This document shows, in pieces, positions 61,061-64,000 of a DNA stretch of 64,000 nucleotides. The stretch lies in assembly GCF_009914755.1 (NCBI RefSeq), contig NC_060926.1, one strand, 5' to 3'. The notes below the pieces were generated by a model that ran no database searches, was not told the DNA's origin, and saw only the letters and a list, made by a program, of their open reading frames with translations. Made by a program: the position numbers and the translations under genes. Each line of letters starts with the position of its first letter. Position 1 is the stretch's first letter. The DNA comes from the human T2T-CHM13v2.0 reference genome, Homo sapiens.

Positions 61061-61689
61061 GTTAGGGACTGCTGAAAGATAAAACACATCAATATATGCA
61101 CCTAAACTGTCACAAAACCAAAGAAGGCAAATTATTAAATTTATGTTACAATTAATGAACCATAAGCATTCAAAGAAAGGAGAATTTGCTGAGATGGTCA
61201 CAAGAGCATTTTTGCAAGAGATAGAGCTGAGCTGAGCCTTGAAGGACAGTTACCAAGGCAAAGGGAAGGAAAAGGGTATGGTAGTTGTTGGAGGCTGGTG
61301 CAGAGGTAGATTTAGAAGTAGAAGGAACTGGAAGGCCACAGAAACAGGGAAATAGTAATATCTCAACATAGTCCTGGGAAACCAAATCAACTGAAGGTAA
61401 AGGGTTTATAATAAGTATTCATAGGAATTAAAATTGGTAAAGTGGCTTGGGGCAAATTTCCAGAGGCCTTGAATGCTAAACTGAGGGATTTGGATTCAAC
61501 CCTATGGACAGAAGAGTCATCCCTGAAAGGGAACATCGATAGAAGTGCTAGTTTAGACTTCATCTTGGGAAGAAGGTGAAGGAAGATATATTGGCCAGTT
61601 GAGAAGGACAAAGATTAGAAGACTGGGTTCACAGTCTAAGCATTAGGAAATAGGACCTGAGTCCTCTCAAGGTAAAGAGAAGGCATTTT

Positions 61690-61980
61690 GGCTTACACCT
61701 GTAATCCCAGCACTTTGGAAGCCTGAGGCAGGCAAATCATTTGAGGTCAGGAGTTTGAGACCAGCCTGGCCAACATGGAGAAACCCTGCCTAAAAATACA
61801 AAAATTAGCCAGGCATGGTGGCGGGCACCTGCAGTCCCAGCTATTCAGGAAGTTGAGACAGGAGAATCGCTTGAACCCAGGAGGTGGAGGTTGCAGCGAG
61901 CCGAGATCACACCACTGCACTCTATCTTGGGCGACAGAGGGATACTTCGACTCAAAAAAAAAAAGAGAGAGAGAGAGAGA
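61690..61980 (+). mobile_element. Slightly 5'-truncated Alu with A/(GA)n tail
   Basis: 14-bp TSD agagaaggcatttt. Confidence 0.93.
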
Positions 61981-61999
61981 AGGCATTTTAAGACTGGGG

Positions 62000-62311
<312 letters not shown>

Positions 62312-62613
62312 TCATTCACCAGATGTTTTTGAAAGTCTCAAACCCACAGAGACATTACTGGGCAGCTTGACAAATTAGTTACACCCAAACAACCATGTTT
62401 TAAAGTTCCAGAGCCCTGCCCTGAAACAGTATTTGAACTGAAGCAAAAATTATGCCAGAAAATCTTCAGAGGTTGGGACTCAGCTCTCACACCAGTCTTC
62501 TCACCTGGAAGATCTGAAGCTTCTTTTGTGTCACACTTTGCCTATCTGAGAAGTTGTGACAATATAAGAAGTCCTTTGTGGACTGGTCTGAGACACCCCC
62601 TTTTAAGTAATAG

Positions 62614-63005
<392 letters not shown>

Positions 63006-63379
63006 TAAAGAAGCAGAACTTTCTAGTTTGTTTTATCATGCCTTTATCAAGAACTTTTTAAGAATTTAGGGACAAAAACATCTTATGCTCTGCCCCAATA
63101 TTTCATATGTAGAAACATAAACATCAAATTTTATATGTTGACCTTTTTTTAAATCACTGCCTAAAAAAGAACTATATTTTGTGGTCATGTGAAGTTTCAG
63201 TGGTAGAATTTTCTTTCTGTTGTGGCCAATCATGAATCTTGCTCCAGTGTTTTTGTATTTACCAGACGGCAGCTGGGGAGTGAGTTAGACAGAAATATAA
63301 AGACAGATATACAGAAAGGGAGAAGAAAAAGATGAGGAGAAGAGGACTAGGGGAGTAGTAGGGAACTGGGATGGGATGG

Positions 63380-63503
63380 GGAGGAGGTAAGACAGGAGAG
63401 AACAGGAAGAGAACAGAGGAGTGGGAAGAGGGATGGCAGGAGGAGGTAAGACAGGAGAGAACAAGAAGAGAAGAGAGGAGCGGGAAGAGGGCTGGCAGGA
63501 GGA
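63380..63503. repeat. 2 x 59-bp purine-rich tandem repeat
   Basis: ggaggaggtaagacaggagagaaca... at 63380 and 63439. Confidence 0.9.
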
Positions 63504-64000
63504 TCGTTGACCTAGGAAGAGAGGAAGGCCTGGTGAAGCTCTAGAAGGAAAGAGTCAGAATGAGACGTTACAGACCACAAAGGCGGGGCAAGGGCACAGA
63601 GGCAGCTGGAGAGCAGACTGGGCGCGTTGGTGTGTTATAGACACAAGAGAAAGAGCCCAGAGGAGGCAGTAACAAATGGGAGCATATAGGAGCTAGAAGC
63701 CACATTTGGGAAACTAGGGAAAGGGGAAGAGAAGGAGAGAAAAGCAGTGCAAATCTAACTAGAGATTTGATTCCTTAGGCACTAGGAAAGCTCAGCTTGG
63801 GGGCTGTCTGCCTCATCTGAGAGGAAGGAAAGTGGAGATATAAACGGATTAAGAGGATAGGAGACCAGGGGACAGACTGGTGTCCAAATTTGATGCATAC
63901 CACATTTGACATTTGGCTAATGAAGGTTGATGGAAAACAACTTTTACTCGATTAGGATAGAAAAGTTTTTTAAAAAGCTGAGTGTAATTGACATGAATTA

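Overview
Primate genomic DNA, almost certainly human, with no prokaryotic features. The window is an internal ~64 kb of NCOA1 (SRC-1, p160 steroid receptor coactivator) on the + strand. It holds 11 consecutive coding exons (labelled A-K here), all GT-AG and phase-consistent, which splice into one open frame of about aa 317-1385. This frame covers the end of PAS-B, the three LxxLL NR boxes, the CBP/p300-binding AD1, the Q-rich region and AD2, up to the SRC-1a/1e divergence point. The promoter, 5' exons and terminal exons lie outside the window. Introns carry ~34 Alus, nested L1/HAL1, L2, L3, MIR, MaLR LTRs and DNA transposons. Most ORFs in the supplied track are Alu or L1 artefacts. Best leads: (1) a predicted exon A+B circle with an overlapping UGAUG stop/start, giving a 489-aa NR-box-only protein; (2) an exon A-C circle with no stop codon; (3) candidate cryptic terminal exons and intronic poly(A) sites that would remove AD1/AD2; (4) a fragmented hAT-Charlie transposase fossil at ~40.0-41.8 kb; (5) several template-switch scars (fold-backs, a templated insertion, an L1 inversion). 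Repeat subfamily names and aa numbering are from recall and were not computed.
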